Shown: positions 1 through 11,209 of the stretch, piece by piece
Numbering within the stretch: the stretch's first letter is position 1
Layout: every line of letters starts with the position of its first letter
Assembly (NCBI RefSeq): GCF_963921235.1
Contig: NC_086109.1
Location: forward strand, 7,938,001 to 8,002,000
Direction of reading: 5' to 3'
Origin: Mobula hypostoma
Taxonomy: Eukaryota
Length of the DNA stretch: 64,000 bases
Notes under the pieces: model-generated
What the model was told of the DNA's origin: nothing
Seen by the model: only the letters and a program-made list of their open reading frames with translations
Database searches by the model: none
Translations under genes and position numbers: made by a program

Positions 1-321
1 TGTGTGTGTTGCTCTAGATTTCCAACTTCTGCAGCACCTCTTGGGCTAATGATTCCTTCATCCTTTACTCGTTTGTAGTATTTGGCTTCTTGAATCCATC
101 ACTGTATTTGTCAGTATTAGGTTTGATTTGGATGTCTATCTATCTTCACATTAGTCATTATTTGAGTCTGGTCTAACTTCTTTCTCATCAGGATTGTGTG
201 TGATGAGAACACTACTGTATGATTGGGCAGCTTGGCAAATAGCAGCAGAACAACGTCAATGGCCCTAACACATCGACCTTCAGTCCAGGAGACAACTATT
301 CACAAGGTCCTCTGACTCTTT

Positions 322-1085
322 AGCAACACACACAGAATGCTGGAGGAAATCAGCAGGTCAGGCAGCATCTATGGTGAAGAGTAAACAGTCGATGTTTCAA
401 GCTGAGACCCTTCATCAGGACTGGAAAGGAAGGAGGAAGATGCCTGAATAAAAAGTGTTTACAGGGTATCTGACATAAATCGGGGGGACTTCTTCGTCAA
501 GCACCTCCACACCATCCACCACCGGCTTGATTTCCTGTGGCCAAACTTTTTAATTCTGATTCCCGTTCCTGTTCTGATGTGTTGATCCATGGCCTTATCT
601 TGTGCCAAGATGAGGACACCCTCAGGGTGGAGGAGCAACACTTTATATTCTATCTGGTTACCTTCCAACGTGATGGCATAAATAACGATTTCTCCTTCCA
701 GTGAACAAACTTCCACCCCCCCCATTCCTCTATTCCCTACTCTGACTTTTCATCTCTTCTCCCCTGCCTATTACTCCCCCTGTGTCCCTCCTCCTTCCCT
801 TTCTCCTACAGTCCATTCTCATCTCCCATCAGATCCTTTCATCTCCTGCCCTTGACCCTTCCCTCCCACCTGGCTTCACCTATCACCTTCCAGCTAGACT
901 CTTCCCCTCTTCCCATTTTTTAATTCAGGTATCTGCCCCCATCCTCTCCGGTCCTGAAGCAGGGTCTCGGCCTGAAACGTCGACTGTTTACTCTTTTCCA
1001 TAGATGCTGCCGGGCCTGCTGCGTTCCTCCAGCATTGCCTGTGTGTTACTCGGGATTTCCAGCCTCTGCAGACTTTCTCCTGTTC
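322..1085 (+). mobile_element. Penelope-like element remnant: inverted partial pLTR, GIY-YIG C-terminal fragment, then pLTR
   Basis: Exact 15-bp TSD GTCCTCTGACTCTTT at 307-321 and 1086-1100. 322-450 is an inverted copy of ~920-1050. 600-690 encodes DEDTLRVEEQHFIFYL...GIN, like the PLE GIY-YIG C-terminus. Hammerhead-like motifs lie in both ends. Confidence 0.85.
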
Positions 1086-1189
1086 GTCCTCTGACTCTTT
1101 GTCTGATTATGGGACGGTCTAGCATTGTCTTGCCCCTTCCTCGGTGACACATAAGGCCACCTCAGAAGGACAATGGGCCTGCAGTAAGA

Positions 1190-1545
1190 CACACACTTGA
1201 ACTGTGTTTGTCAAAAGCTGTACTGTGGAGATCATTCTGACAGCCTGTATCACCATCTGGTATTGGGAGGCTACTGCACAGGACCGAAAGAAGCTGCAGA
1301 AAGTTGGGTACAGGCCTCTGTAGTATCCAAGACATCCTCTGGGAACGGTGCCTCAGAAAGGCAGCGTCCATTATTAAGGACCACCATCACCCAGGACATA
1401 CCTTCTCTCATTGTTACAGTCAGGAAGGAGGTCCAGGAGCCTGAAAGCACATGGTCAGCAATTCAGGAACCGCTTCTTCCCTCTACCATCCGATTCTTAA
1501 ATGGACATTGAATCCATGAACACTACCTCACTTTTTTTGTATTAT
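1190..1545 (+). mobile_element. Rex1/Babar-type LINE 3' fragment
   Basis: Decayed ESILTACITIWYG...KAASIIKD..HPGH..GRR-type coding remnant; resembles 11960-12592. Confidence 0.75.
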
Positions 1546-1550
1546 ATTAT

Positions 1551-2238
1551 TAGATTAGATTATGAGAACACTCAGTCCTCGTTTATTGTCATTTAGAAGT
1601 GCATGCATTAAGAAATGATACAATGTTCCTCCAGAGTGATATCACAGAAAAGCAGGACAAACCAAAGACTAACACTGACAGAACCACATAATTATAACAT
1701 ACAGTTACAGCAGTGCAAAACAATACCATAATTTGATAAAGAACAGACCATGGGCACGGTAAAAAAAACTGTCAAAGTCCCAAGTCGATCGACTCCCAAG
1801 TCCCCGATAGCAGGCGGCAAAAGGGAGAAACTCTCTGCCATAAACCTCCAAGCACTGACGACTGCTGATGCATTGGAAGCAGCCGACCACAGCCGACACT
1901 GAGTCCGTCCATCCAAAAACTTCGAGCCTCTGACCAGCCCCTCCGATACAGTCCCCCCCCCCCCCGAGTGCCATCCTCTGCTGAACGCTTTTGACCTCTC
2001 CCCGGCCGCTGAAGCAAGCAAAGCCAAGGATTTGGGGCCTTCTGCTCCAGAGATTCTGGACCACACAGTAACAGCGGCAGTGAAGCGGGCATTTCAGAAG
2101 TTTTCCAGATGTTCCTCTGTGCTCTCACGTCTGTCTCCATCAAATCAGAATTGTGCACGGTCCCCTACTTGACAGATAACAGACATCACCACCGAAATGG
2201 CCGTACGCGCTGCGTCGCACCGCCATCTTCTCCTCCTC
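1551..2238 (-). mobile_element. Non-autonomous non-LTR element, copy 1 (~690 bp)
   Basis: Closely similar to 21911-22451. The minus strand starts GAGGAGAAGATGGCGG and ends AATAAA...(CTAAT)n. Confidence 0.75.
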
Positions 2239-2759
2239 TATTATGTCTGTTTTTGCATTTTTTTAATGTTTAACATAGCTATATATACTTGCTATTAACT
2301 TATTTATTTTTCCATAGTACCATGTACTGCATAGCATTGCTGCTGCCAAGTTAACAAATTCCACAACATATGCCGGTGATATTAAATCTGATTCTGATTC
2401 TTTGCCACAATTGATTCTTGGTTTGTTTTTGGTGTTTCGATGTACAGTGACAAATAAAGCTAATCTTTACACAGTGAAATGCCTCATTTTTCATGCCACC
2501 CATGCAGATCCTTCCAAAACATGGAGGAAGTAAAGGGGAAAACAATAACAGAATGTAAAATTGCAGTTGCAATCATGTTAAAAACAGTTTCTTCACCTCC
2601 ATCGTCGGATTCCTGAATGTGCCACGAACTGATGAACAGTAGCTTATTTTTGATCAGCTTTTGCATTATTTTCTTTTTATATACATCTTTTTGTAACTTT
2701 TTTTATATATTGCACAGTACTGCTGCCACAAAACAATAAATTTCACAACATAAATCCTG

Positions 2760-4790
2760 CTTTATATTATTGTCTAGTTTTCCCTCATATCTCATCTTTT
2801 CCCTTCTTATAGCCTTTTTTCAGTTGCCTTTTGTTGGCTTTTAAAAGCTTCCCAATCATTCAACTTCCCACTCACTTTTGCTACCTTCTATGCCCTTCCT
2901 TGGTTTTAATGCTGCCCTTAACTTCTCTTGTCAGCCACGGTGGCCTACCATGGACATTAGAAAATTTCTTCCACTGTGGGACATATCCATCCTGCGTCTT
3001 GTGAACTGCTCCCTGAAACTTCAGCCACCTGCCATCATACCTGCCAGTATCTTTCTCCAATCCACCTGGGCAAGCTCCTCTCCCATGCCTCTGTAATTCC
3101 CTTTATTCTATTGTGATACTGATACATGTGAGTTATGCTTCTCCTTTTCAAATTGCAGTATGAATTCAATCATGTTATAATCACTGCCTCCTAAGGGTTC
3201 CTTTACATTAAGCTGACTGAATAAAATCTGGGTTATTACACAAAACTCAATCTAAGGTGCCCTTTCCCCAAGCAGGCTCAAGCACAAGTTGCTCTAAAAA
3301 GCCATCTCATAGGCATTCAACAAAGTCCCTCTCTTGTGATCTGACACCAACCTAATTTTCCCAATCTCGTGCTTATTGAAGTCCCCCATTACAATTGCGC
3401 CATTACCCTTGTTACATGCCTTATCCTGCTCCCTTTCCAATCTTAACCCCACATCTTGGCTGCTATTTGGAGGCCTATATATGATTCCCATAATGCTTTT
3501 TCACCCTTGCAATTTCTTAACTTCACCCACAAAGATTCAACATTTTCTGACCCAATGTCACCTCTTCCTAAAGATGTAATTCCATCTCTTAGCAACAGAG
3601 CCACACTACCGCCTATGCCTTCCTGCCTGTCCTTTCAATACAAAGTATATCCTTTGATGTTAGATCCCCAACTATCGCCTTCTTTCAGCCACGACTCGGT
3701 GATGGCCCCAGTGTCATATCGACCAATCTCTAATTACGCCACAAGTTCGTCCACCTTATTCTTAATACTACATATATATAAATGCAGCACCTTCAGTCCT
3801 GCATTCTTCACTTTTTTGAATTTTGACTCTGTGGTCCAGTTGAGTTCTTTGCTCTGTCTGCATTTGTACCCAATCATTGGCTTGTCCTTCCTCACATTCA
3901 TGTTACACCCATCATCTACTTGTAAACCTGCTGGCTCATCCTCAGCTCGATCATACTGGTTCCCATCCCCTGCCATATTAGTTTATAACACTCCCAACAG
4001 CTCTAGTAAACCTTCCCACAAGAATATTGGTCCCCCTCAGATTCCAGTGCAACCCATCCCTTTGTATAGGTCCCACTTGCCCCAGAAGAGGTCCTAATGA
4101 ACCAGAAATATGAATCCATGCCCCCCGCTCCCATCCTTCAGCCACGCATTCATCTGCCACCTCATTCTATTCCTATCCTCACTGCTGTGTGGCAAGGACA
4201 GCAATCCCGAAATTACTACCCTTGAGGTCCTGCTTCTCAGCTTCCTTCCTAACTCCCTATATTCATTTTCAAGACCTCCTCCCTTTTTCTACCTATGTCC
4301 TTATTACCAATATGTACCACGACTTCCGGCTGCTCACCCTCACTTATCAGGATCCTGTGGACACGCCCAGAAGCATCTTGGACCCTGGCATCTGGGAGGC
4401 AGACTACCATCCGTGTTTCCTTGTGACATCCACAGAATCGCCTATCTGTCCCCTGACTATAGAGTCCACTGTTACTGCTGTCATCCTCATCAGTATCTGG
4501 TCTTATAACTTACCTATGTACCTTGCCTCTGGCTGTTCTCGCCAAAGCCCTGTTGAGCCAAAGCCGTACTGCTCTGCCTTACACTATTCCGACAACAACC
4601 ACTCCCACAATGACCACTCCGCTGGGGGGGTGGGGGGGGGGAGCTTTCTTTTATAGAGACTGGGTTTCCCGTCAAAAATCTTCGTTGAACTTGCGCAGGA
4701 GCGCTCCTGTTGCATCTGTGCAGTACTCCAATCAAAGACTCTTGAAAAACTTGCTGCTTTTTCAAGCTCTTTGTCAGACCTGTGCGGGAA
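2760..4790 (-). mobile_element. CR1 LINE 5' portion (probable 5'UTR, ORF1 SGNH esterase, ORF2 APE), decayed
   Basis: Minus-strand peptides RDGLHWNLRGTNILVGRF (SGNH), LKVLHLYICSIKNKVDEL and GIIYRPPNS...IVMGDFN (APE); frameshifts and stops. Confidence 0.85.
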
Positions 4791-4884
4791 CGGTACTATT
4801 ATAGTTACTATTCTATAGATCTGTTGAGTATGCCCACAAGAAAATGAATTTCAAGGTTGTACATGGTGACGTATATGTACTTAG

Positions 4885-5235
4885 ACCATAAGATATAGGA
4901 GTAGGGGTAGGCCATTCAGCCCATTGAGTCTGCTCCGCCATTCGATCATGGGCTGATCCAATTCTTCCAGTCATCCCCACTCTCCTGCCTTTTCCCCATA
5001 CCCTTTGAAGCCCTGGTTAGTCAAGAACCTATCTATCTCTGCTTTAAATACACCCAGTGACTTGCCCTCCACAGCCACTCGTGGCAACAAATTCCACAGA
5101 TTAAAGTAATTTCTCTGCGTCTCTGTCCTTCAATCCTGAAGTCGTGCCCTCTTGTTCTGGAATCCCCTACCTTGGGAAATAACTTTGACATATCTAATCT
5201 GTTCAGGCCTTTTAACATTCAGAATATTTCTATGA
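4885..5235 (-). mobile_element. CR1 LINE 3' end
   Basis: LKGLNRLDMSKLFPKVGDSRTRGH motif plus CR1-type 3'UTR. Confidence 0.85.
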
Positions 5236-6586
5236 GAATTTTACTTTGATAATAAAATTTACCTTGAGAATCAATAAAAAAAACACAGACGATGACTGAC
5301 AAGCAGCCAGTGTGCAAAAGAAGACAAACAGAGCAAATAAAAAAAAAATAATAATAAATAAATAATGCTGAGAACATGAGTTGTAAAGTCCTAGAAAGTG
5401 AGTCCTTTGGAAGTGGGAATAAACTGGGCACGGAGTTACAGGGAGAACATGCAGACTTCCACATACAGCACCTTAAGTCAGCATTGAACTTGGCTCCTGG
5501 GAGAAGCACTGTCTGCTGCACGATCTTGGCACAAGTCAACGTCTAAGTTAATTTATTATCAAAGTCACCATGTACTAACTTGAGATTCATTTTCTTGCAG
5601 GGATTTTCAGGAAAATAAAGATATACAATAGAATTCATGAAAAATTACACATAAATGAAGAGCAACACACACACAATGCTGGAGGAATCTCAGCAGTCCA
5701 GGCAGTGTCTATGGAGAGGAATAAAGAGTTGATGTTTTGGATTGAGACCCATCATCGGGACATAAATAAAGAGCATCATTTTCTGTAATTTTTTTATATA
5801 TAAGTCTTCGCCCTGCGTGAATCATCCTTCTTTGGAGGCCAGGAAGGCTGACGTTCTCTGTGTATTGAGGCCGTTTGCTAAGATCATCAAATCACACAAA
5901 TCACGGGGTGTGATCTTCACCTCATCCAACTCTCACAAGACTGATGGGAGAGAAATTAGACAACCCAGCTTTACAACGAGTTATTTTCTTCCACAATCCA
6001 CAGCTCCGAGGTCACATCTTTGATTCATACTGGTGAGTTAAGGCACCAAACTCTGTCAGAATTCACAAGTAATTATCTATCACACGCAGCGATTTAATAC
6101 GGACTATGCCTCAGAGGGGGGACCCTGCTAAACTGTATGCTATGATCTGAGATTCGCTGTTAATTAGTAGGTGGCAATTTTTGTTCAGATTCTTGAAGTT
6201 TGTTGGTGAAGGAAAGAATCTTCTTTTTCAAATGCTCTTTAATCAGGTTTGGTACCATTGCTATTAGATGCTGAGAAACTGCTTGTTAGCAGAAGTGAAT
6301 ACAGAGCAAAAGGCTCTTCTTCTGACTGGCCAGCTCCTAGCACACGGGTTTAAGTATCGAATTCAACACTTTCAGGTAATCTGCCCTTTATGTTTATATC
6401 AAACCTGTTCCAGTAACGATGTAAGGTCATTAAAATATGCCAGTTACCTTTGTTCCTGGGGTCATAGATTCATCGAGTTACAGTATACAACACAGAAACA
6501 AGTCCTTCAGCCCATCTCCTCCATACCGTCCTAGTTGTCTGCCTGAGCCAGTCCCATTTGCCTGTATTTAGCCCATATTCCTCTTA

Positions 6587-6879
6587 GGCATCCGTTAGTC
6601 TCATGAGACCATGGATTTGCACGTTGGAAGGTTTCCGGGGCGCAGGCCTGGGCAAGGTCGTATGGAAGACCAGCAGTTGCCCATGCTGCAAGTCTCCCCT
6701 CTCCACAACACCAATGTTCCCAAGGGAAGGGCATTAGGACCCATACAGCTTGGCACCAGTGTCGTCGCAGAGCAATGCGTGGTTAAGTGCTTCGCTCAAG
6801 GACACAACACGCTGCCTGAGCCAAGGCTCGAACTAGCGACCTTCAAATCACTAGACGAACACCTTAACCACTTGGCCAC
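6587..6879 (-). mobile_element. tRNA-derived CORE-like SINE with RTE-type tail
   Basis: Minus strand: A box GTGGCCAAGTGG, B box GTTCGAGCC, CORE-like TGTGTCCTTGAGCGAAGCACTTAACC; the tail matches the RTE end at 26062-26104. Confidence 0.75.
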
Positions 6880-6959
6880 CAAACCATTAAACCTTTCCTA
6901 TCCACACACCTTTCATCTGGACTGTCTAGGCTCGAAACAGCAAGTTTCTAGTTTCCATG

Positions 6960-8030
6960 ACTAACGTTGTAGAGGATAGTGTAGAGGGCCGTTGTGGTTT
7001 ACAACAGGACATTGATAGGATGCGGAGCTGGGCTGAGCGTAGCAGAGTTCAAATGGGAAAAGTGTGAAGTGGTACACTCTGGTCAAATTTGACGGCAGAG
7101 TGCAGGGTTAATGGCAGAATTCTTAGCAGTGTGGAGCAACAGAGGGATCTTGTAAAATTAGTCAGCTCCATATGAGTACTAGCCTCCACAGAATCCAAGA
7201 TACCTTTGAGGAGCAGTGCCTTAGGAAGGCAGCATCCATCTGCAAGGACCCCCACCACCCAGGACATGCCCTCTTCTCATTGTTCCCATCAGGAAGGAGG
7301 TACAGAAGCCTGAAGGCACACACTCAGCAATTCAGGAACAGCTTCTTCCCCTCTGCCAGCCGATTCCTGAATGGACATTGAACCTGTGCACACTACCTCA
7401 CTATTCTTTTGTTTCTGCTTTTTTATTGCACTATTTATTCTAACTTAAGTTGAACAAGTGGTTAAGAAGGCATACATTCATTCTGCTGCCCTTCATTAGT
7501 CAGGGGATTGAGTTCAAGAACCGTGAAGTGATGTTAAAACTCTATAAAACCCGGCTTAGAGCACACTTGAAGCATTTTGTTCAGTTCTAGTCACCTCATT
7601 ATAGGAAGGATGTAGAAGCTTCAGAGAGGGTGCAGGGGAGGTTTACCAGGATGCTGTCTGGATTAGAGAGCATGTCTAGTAAGGAAAGATTGAGTGAGCT
7701 AGGAGAAAAAGAAGGATGAGTTGACTTGATAGGGGTGTACAAGATGATAAGAGGCATAGATCAAGCAGACAGCCAGCACCTTCTTCTCGGGGGGAGGGGC
7801 AATGGCTAATACAAGAGGTGCTGGAAGCAAAATAAGAGGGGATTTCAGAGGTGGGCTTTTTCACACAGAGAGTGGTGGGTGCTCCCTAGGGTGGTGGTAG
7901 AGGCAGATATATTGGGGACATTTAAGAGATTCTTAGAGAGGCTCATGGATGATAGGAAAATGGAGGGCTGTGTGGGAGGGAAGGGTTAGATTGATCTTGC
8001 AGTCAGTTAAAAGGTCAGCACAACAATCTG
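6960..8030 (+). mobile_element. CR1 RT/3' fragment interrupted by a Rex1/Babar 3' fragment (~7155-7445)
   Basis: CR1-like QFWSPHYRKD remnant at ~7580; nested KAASICKDPHHPGHALFSLFPSGRRYRS. Confidence 0.8.
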
Positions 8031-8780
8031 TGATAAACGCCCCCCTCTGGAAGCCTTTTAATCTTTCCTCTCTCACCATATACCTGTACCCCCTAGCTTT
8101 AGACCCCCCCTACCCTGGGGCAAAGACTGGTTATTCATCTTATCTGCTCCCCTCATGATTTTCTAAAGCCTCCTCTGCTCCAAGGGAAACAGCTACAGAC
8201 TAATCTTGAGCAGCGCACGCAGTATGGCGGAGGAACTCAGCAAGTCATTCAGCATTTACGGAGAGGAGATCTATGAGCCCCGATGGAGAGCCTCAGCCCA
8301 AAATGCCAACTGTTTATTCCCCTCCCTCGAAACTGCCTGTGGTTGCCGAGTTCCTCCAGCATTTTATGAGTATTATTCTGTATTCTGTCATTGTTTTCCT
8401 TTGTACTACCTTAATGCACTGTGTAATGAAATTATCTGTATGAATGGCGTGTAAAACAGTTTTTCTTTTTCCACTGTACCTCAATACATGCAGCAATAAT
8501 AAACCAATTTGCCAATTTACTAATTTAACTTTGTGCTTCCACTAAATAATTGGAATCAATGGAGTCGTAAAAAAAGACCACAACAGAATTAGGCCATTCG
8601 GCCCATCGAGTCTGCTCCATCATGAATGATCCATTTTTCCTCTCAACACCAGTCTCCTGCCTTCTCTCCATAACCTTTCATGCCCTGACTAATCAAGAAT
8701 CTATCAGCCTCTGCCTTAAGTATACCCAATGACTTGACCTCTACAGCTGCCCGTGGCAACGAATTCCACAAATTCACCAC

Positions 8781-9352
8781 AACACACACAAAATGCTGGA
8801 GGATCTTGGCAGGTCAGGCAGTGAACATGGAAAAGAGTAAATGGTCGACGTTTCGGGTTGAGACCCTTCTTCAGGACTGAGAAGGAAGGGGGAAGATGCC
8901 TGAGTAAGTAGGTGAGGGGAGGGGAAAGAGTCTAGCTGGAAGGTTATAGGTGAAACCAGGTAGGTGGGAAAGGTCAAGGGCTGGAGAAGAAGGAATCTGA
9001 TAGGAGAGGAGAATGGACATTAGGAGAAAGGGAAGGAGGAGGTGACCCAGAGGAAGTAGTGAAAGGTCAGAAGGAGTGAAAGATCAGAGTGCAGAATAGA
9101 GGAAGGGGGGTGAATTTGTTCACCCGAAGGAGAAATCGATATTCATGCCATTAGGTTGGAGGCTACCCAGATGGATATAAGGTGTTGCTCCTCCACCTGT
9201 GGGTCTCATCTTGGCTCAAGAGGAGGACGTAGACCAACACATTGGAATGGAAATGGGAATCAATTAAAGCGTTTGGCCGTCAGGAAGCCCCACTTGTGGC
9301 AGATGGTGCAGAGGTGCTCGACGAAGTGGTCCCCCAATTTACAAAGAGGAGG
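8781..9352 (-). mobile_element. Penelope-like element fragment (GIY-YIG C-terminus + pLTR)
   Basis: Flanked by CA(A/G)ATTCACCAC at 8769-8780 and 9353-9364; EEQHLISIWVAS..GMNIDF-like remnant; hammerhead at 8842-8879. Confidence 0.8.
8842..8879 (-). ncRNA. Minimal type I hammerhead ribozyme motif (near-intact)
   Basis: CAGUC CUGAAGA A GGGU-CUCA-ACCC GAAA CG UC GACCA; core intact, stem II perfect, stem I reduced to 3 bp. Confidence 0.7.
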
Positions 9353-11209
9353 CAGATTCACCACCCTCTAGCTAAAAAAATTCCTCCCCATCTCCATTCT
9401 AAATGGATGTCCCTCTATCTGAGGCAGTGCCCTGTGGTCCTAGACTCCCCCATCATAGGAAACATCCCCTCTGTCTAGGCCTTTCATAAAAAGATCAAAT
9501 AATCAACCCCGATGCAAAGATAAAATAAACTCAACGTATTGTTAGAAAGACTTGCAGAGCAGTGAGCTTCTCCACGGTCGTAAAAGAGTGAATATCTCCT
9601 GCCTTCCGTATGCAATTCCTCAGATGGCATTGATAGTGTGCTCTTATCTATAATATACATCAGAAACTCCTTCAAGGCAACATATCTGCCAATGTTTCAT
9701 TAAAGTGAGGAGCTGCAAAGGAAGCAAAGCTGAAAGTCCAGAGCTCACATCTCATACCAGTCCCACAGTCTGCAAAGGGAAGATTTTTTTTCTCCTGACA
9801 TTTCCATTTTAGGACTGTAGCTTCGATCGCTCATTCTTTTCCTCTCACTTATTTAGAAATGTCATTAAACTCCACGTTATCTGTCGTAGCTACCCCGAGT
9901 TTAAAACAAAATCCACAAGGCACAGCAGTCAGCCTGTATCTTTGCTGAGATCTTGATCCGCAAAGCATTTGATGAAAATGCACATCCCTGCAATTCTTCT
10001 GCTAAGAGGAAATGTTATCATTAAGATTCCACTGTTACCTTCATGATAAGCCTCAAGAATGACAGAATCATCATTATAAAGGTAACAGTGGACAGGGTCA
10101 GGACTGCTAACTATCTTCACCGATTCCATCTACCTTTCCCTCTGCCTCCTGGAAGCAGCTATTTTGCCGATTTTCGGAGGCTTAGGGGTCGAATTTGTCG
10201 GGTGCTGCAAGACCGCAGGGCTGGTCTAGTGGGTGGCCGGGTCAGATATAATCAAAGACCCCTCCTACCCTTGCATCTTTTCTCTCTCCTCACATCAGGC
10301 AGAATATACAAGAGCTTCAGAGCAAGTGCCAGGCTCAGAGCCACCGTTCCCTCTGAGCTGCACAGCAACTGCAATGCTCCAGTGCGGATAGCCTTTGTTC
10401 CTGTGCAGCTGGAATAAAGATAGACAAGAAAAAGTTTACGAAACATGAAAAATTTTCTCTGTTGTACCGTATTTCATCATACCCTTCAATTAATAAATAA
10501 ATAGTATGTGATGTTTCAATTATCAAAGTTCCAAGCTCAACCTAAATTTATTATCAAAGTACATATATGTCACCATATACAACCCTGAGATTCATTTTCA
10601 TGCGGGCGTACTCAATAAGTTCACGGAATAATAGCCACAACAGAAACAACGAAAGACCGCTCCAACTTGGGTGTTCAATCTGTTGTGCAAAAGACAACAA
10701 CTGTGCAAATACAAAAGTAAGAAATCATAATATTAAATAAATATTGAGAACATGAGATGAAGAGTCCTTGAATATGAGTCCATAGGTCGTGGGAACATTT
10801 CAATGATGAGGCAAGCGAAGTTGAGTGTAGTTATCATTTGGAATGAAATTTTCATTCTAAATATGCATGGTATGCTTATTACAAAAACACATTTAAAGTG
10901 CCATGCAGTTTTCAGGCCATGTAAAAGTTTCCTACTCAGAGCAATGGTTGATCCACGCAGCTGAGGGAATGTTGATCAAGAACAGCTTCTATCCTGATGT
11001 TATCAGACTCTTGAACTGACTTCTCATTCCCTGAAAGCTGAACTCCTGAACTCTGCTCTCACAATCATCTTTCTTATGATTCTTACATTTTAATTGTCTA
11101 CCTACACTGCAATCTTTCTAACTGAAACATTATGTCCTGCATTCTCTTTCCCTTTTACTACCTTTAGGTATTTACCTTACCTCACTGGTTTCCTAGCGTT
11201 AGATGGACA

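Larger units (their letters stand above)
8575..9485 (-). mobile_element. CR1 3' end split by the Penelope-like insertion
   Basis: CR1 3'UTR/ORF2 end at 8575-8780 resumes at 9353-9485. Confidence 0.7.

Noticed and set aside
3456..4097. 213-aa plus-strand ORF (also 53099-53794 and 56417-57010)
   Set aside because: Antisense shadows of CR1 coding sequence.
5990..6380. Several AG...GT exon-like segments
   Set aside because: No coherent reading frame or recognisable protein; consistent with chance.
9484..10129. Short minus-strand ORFs in unique DNA
   Set aside because: No recognisable domain or splice structure.
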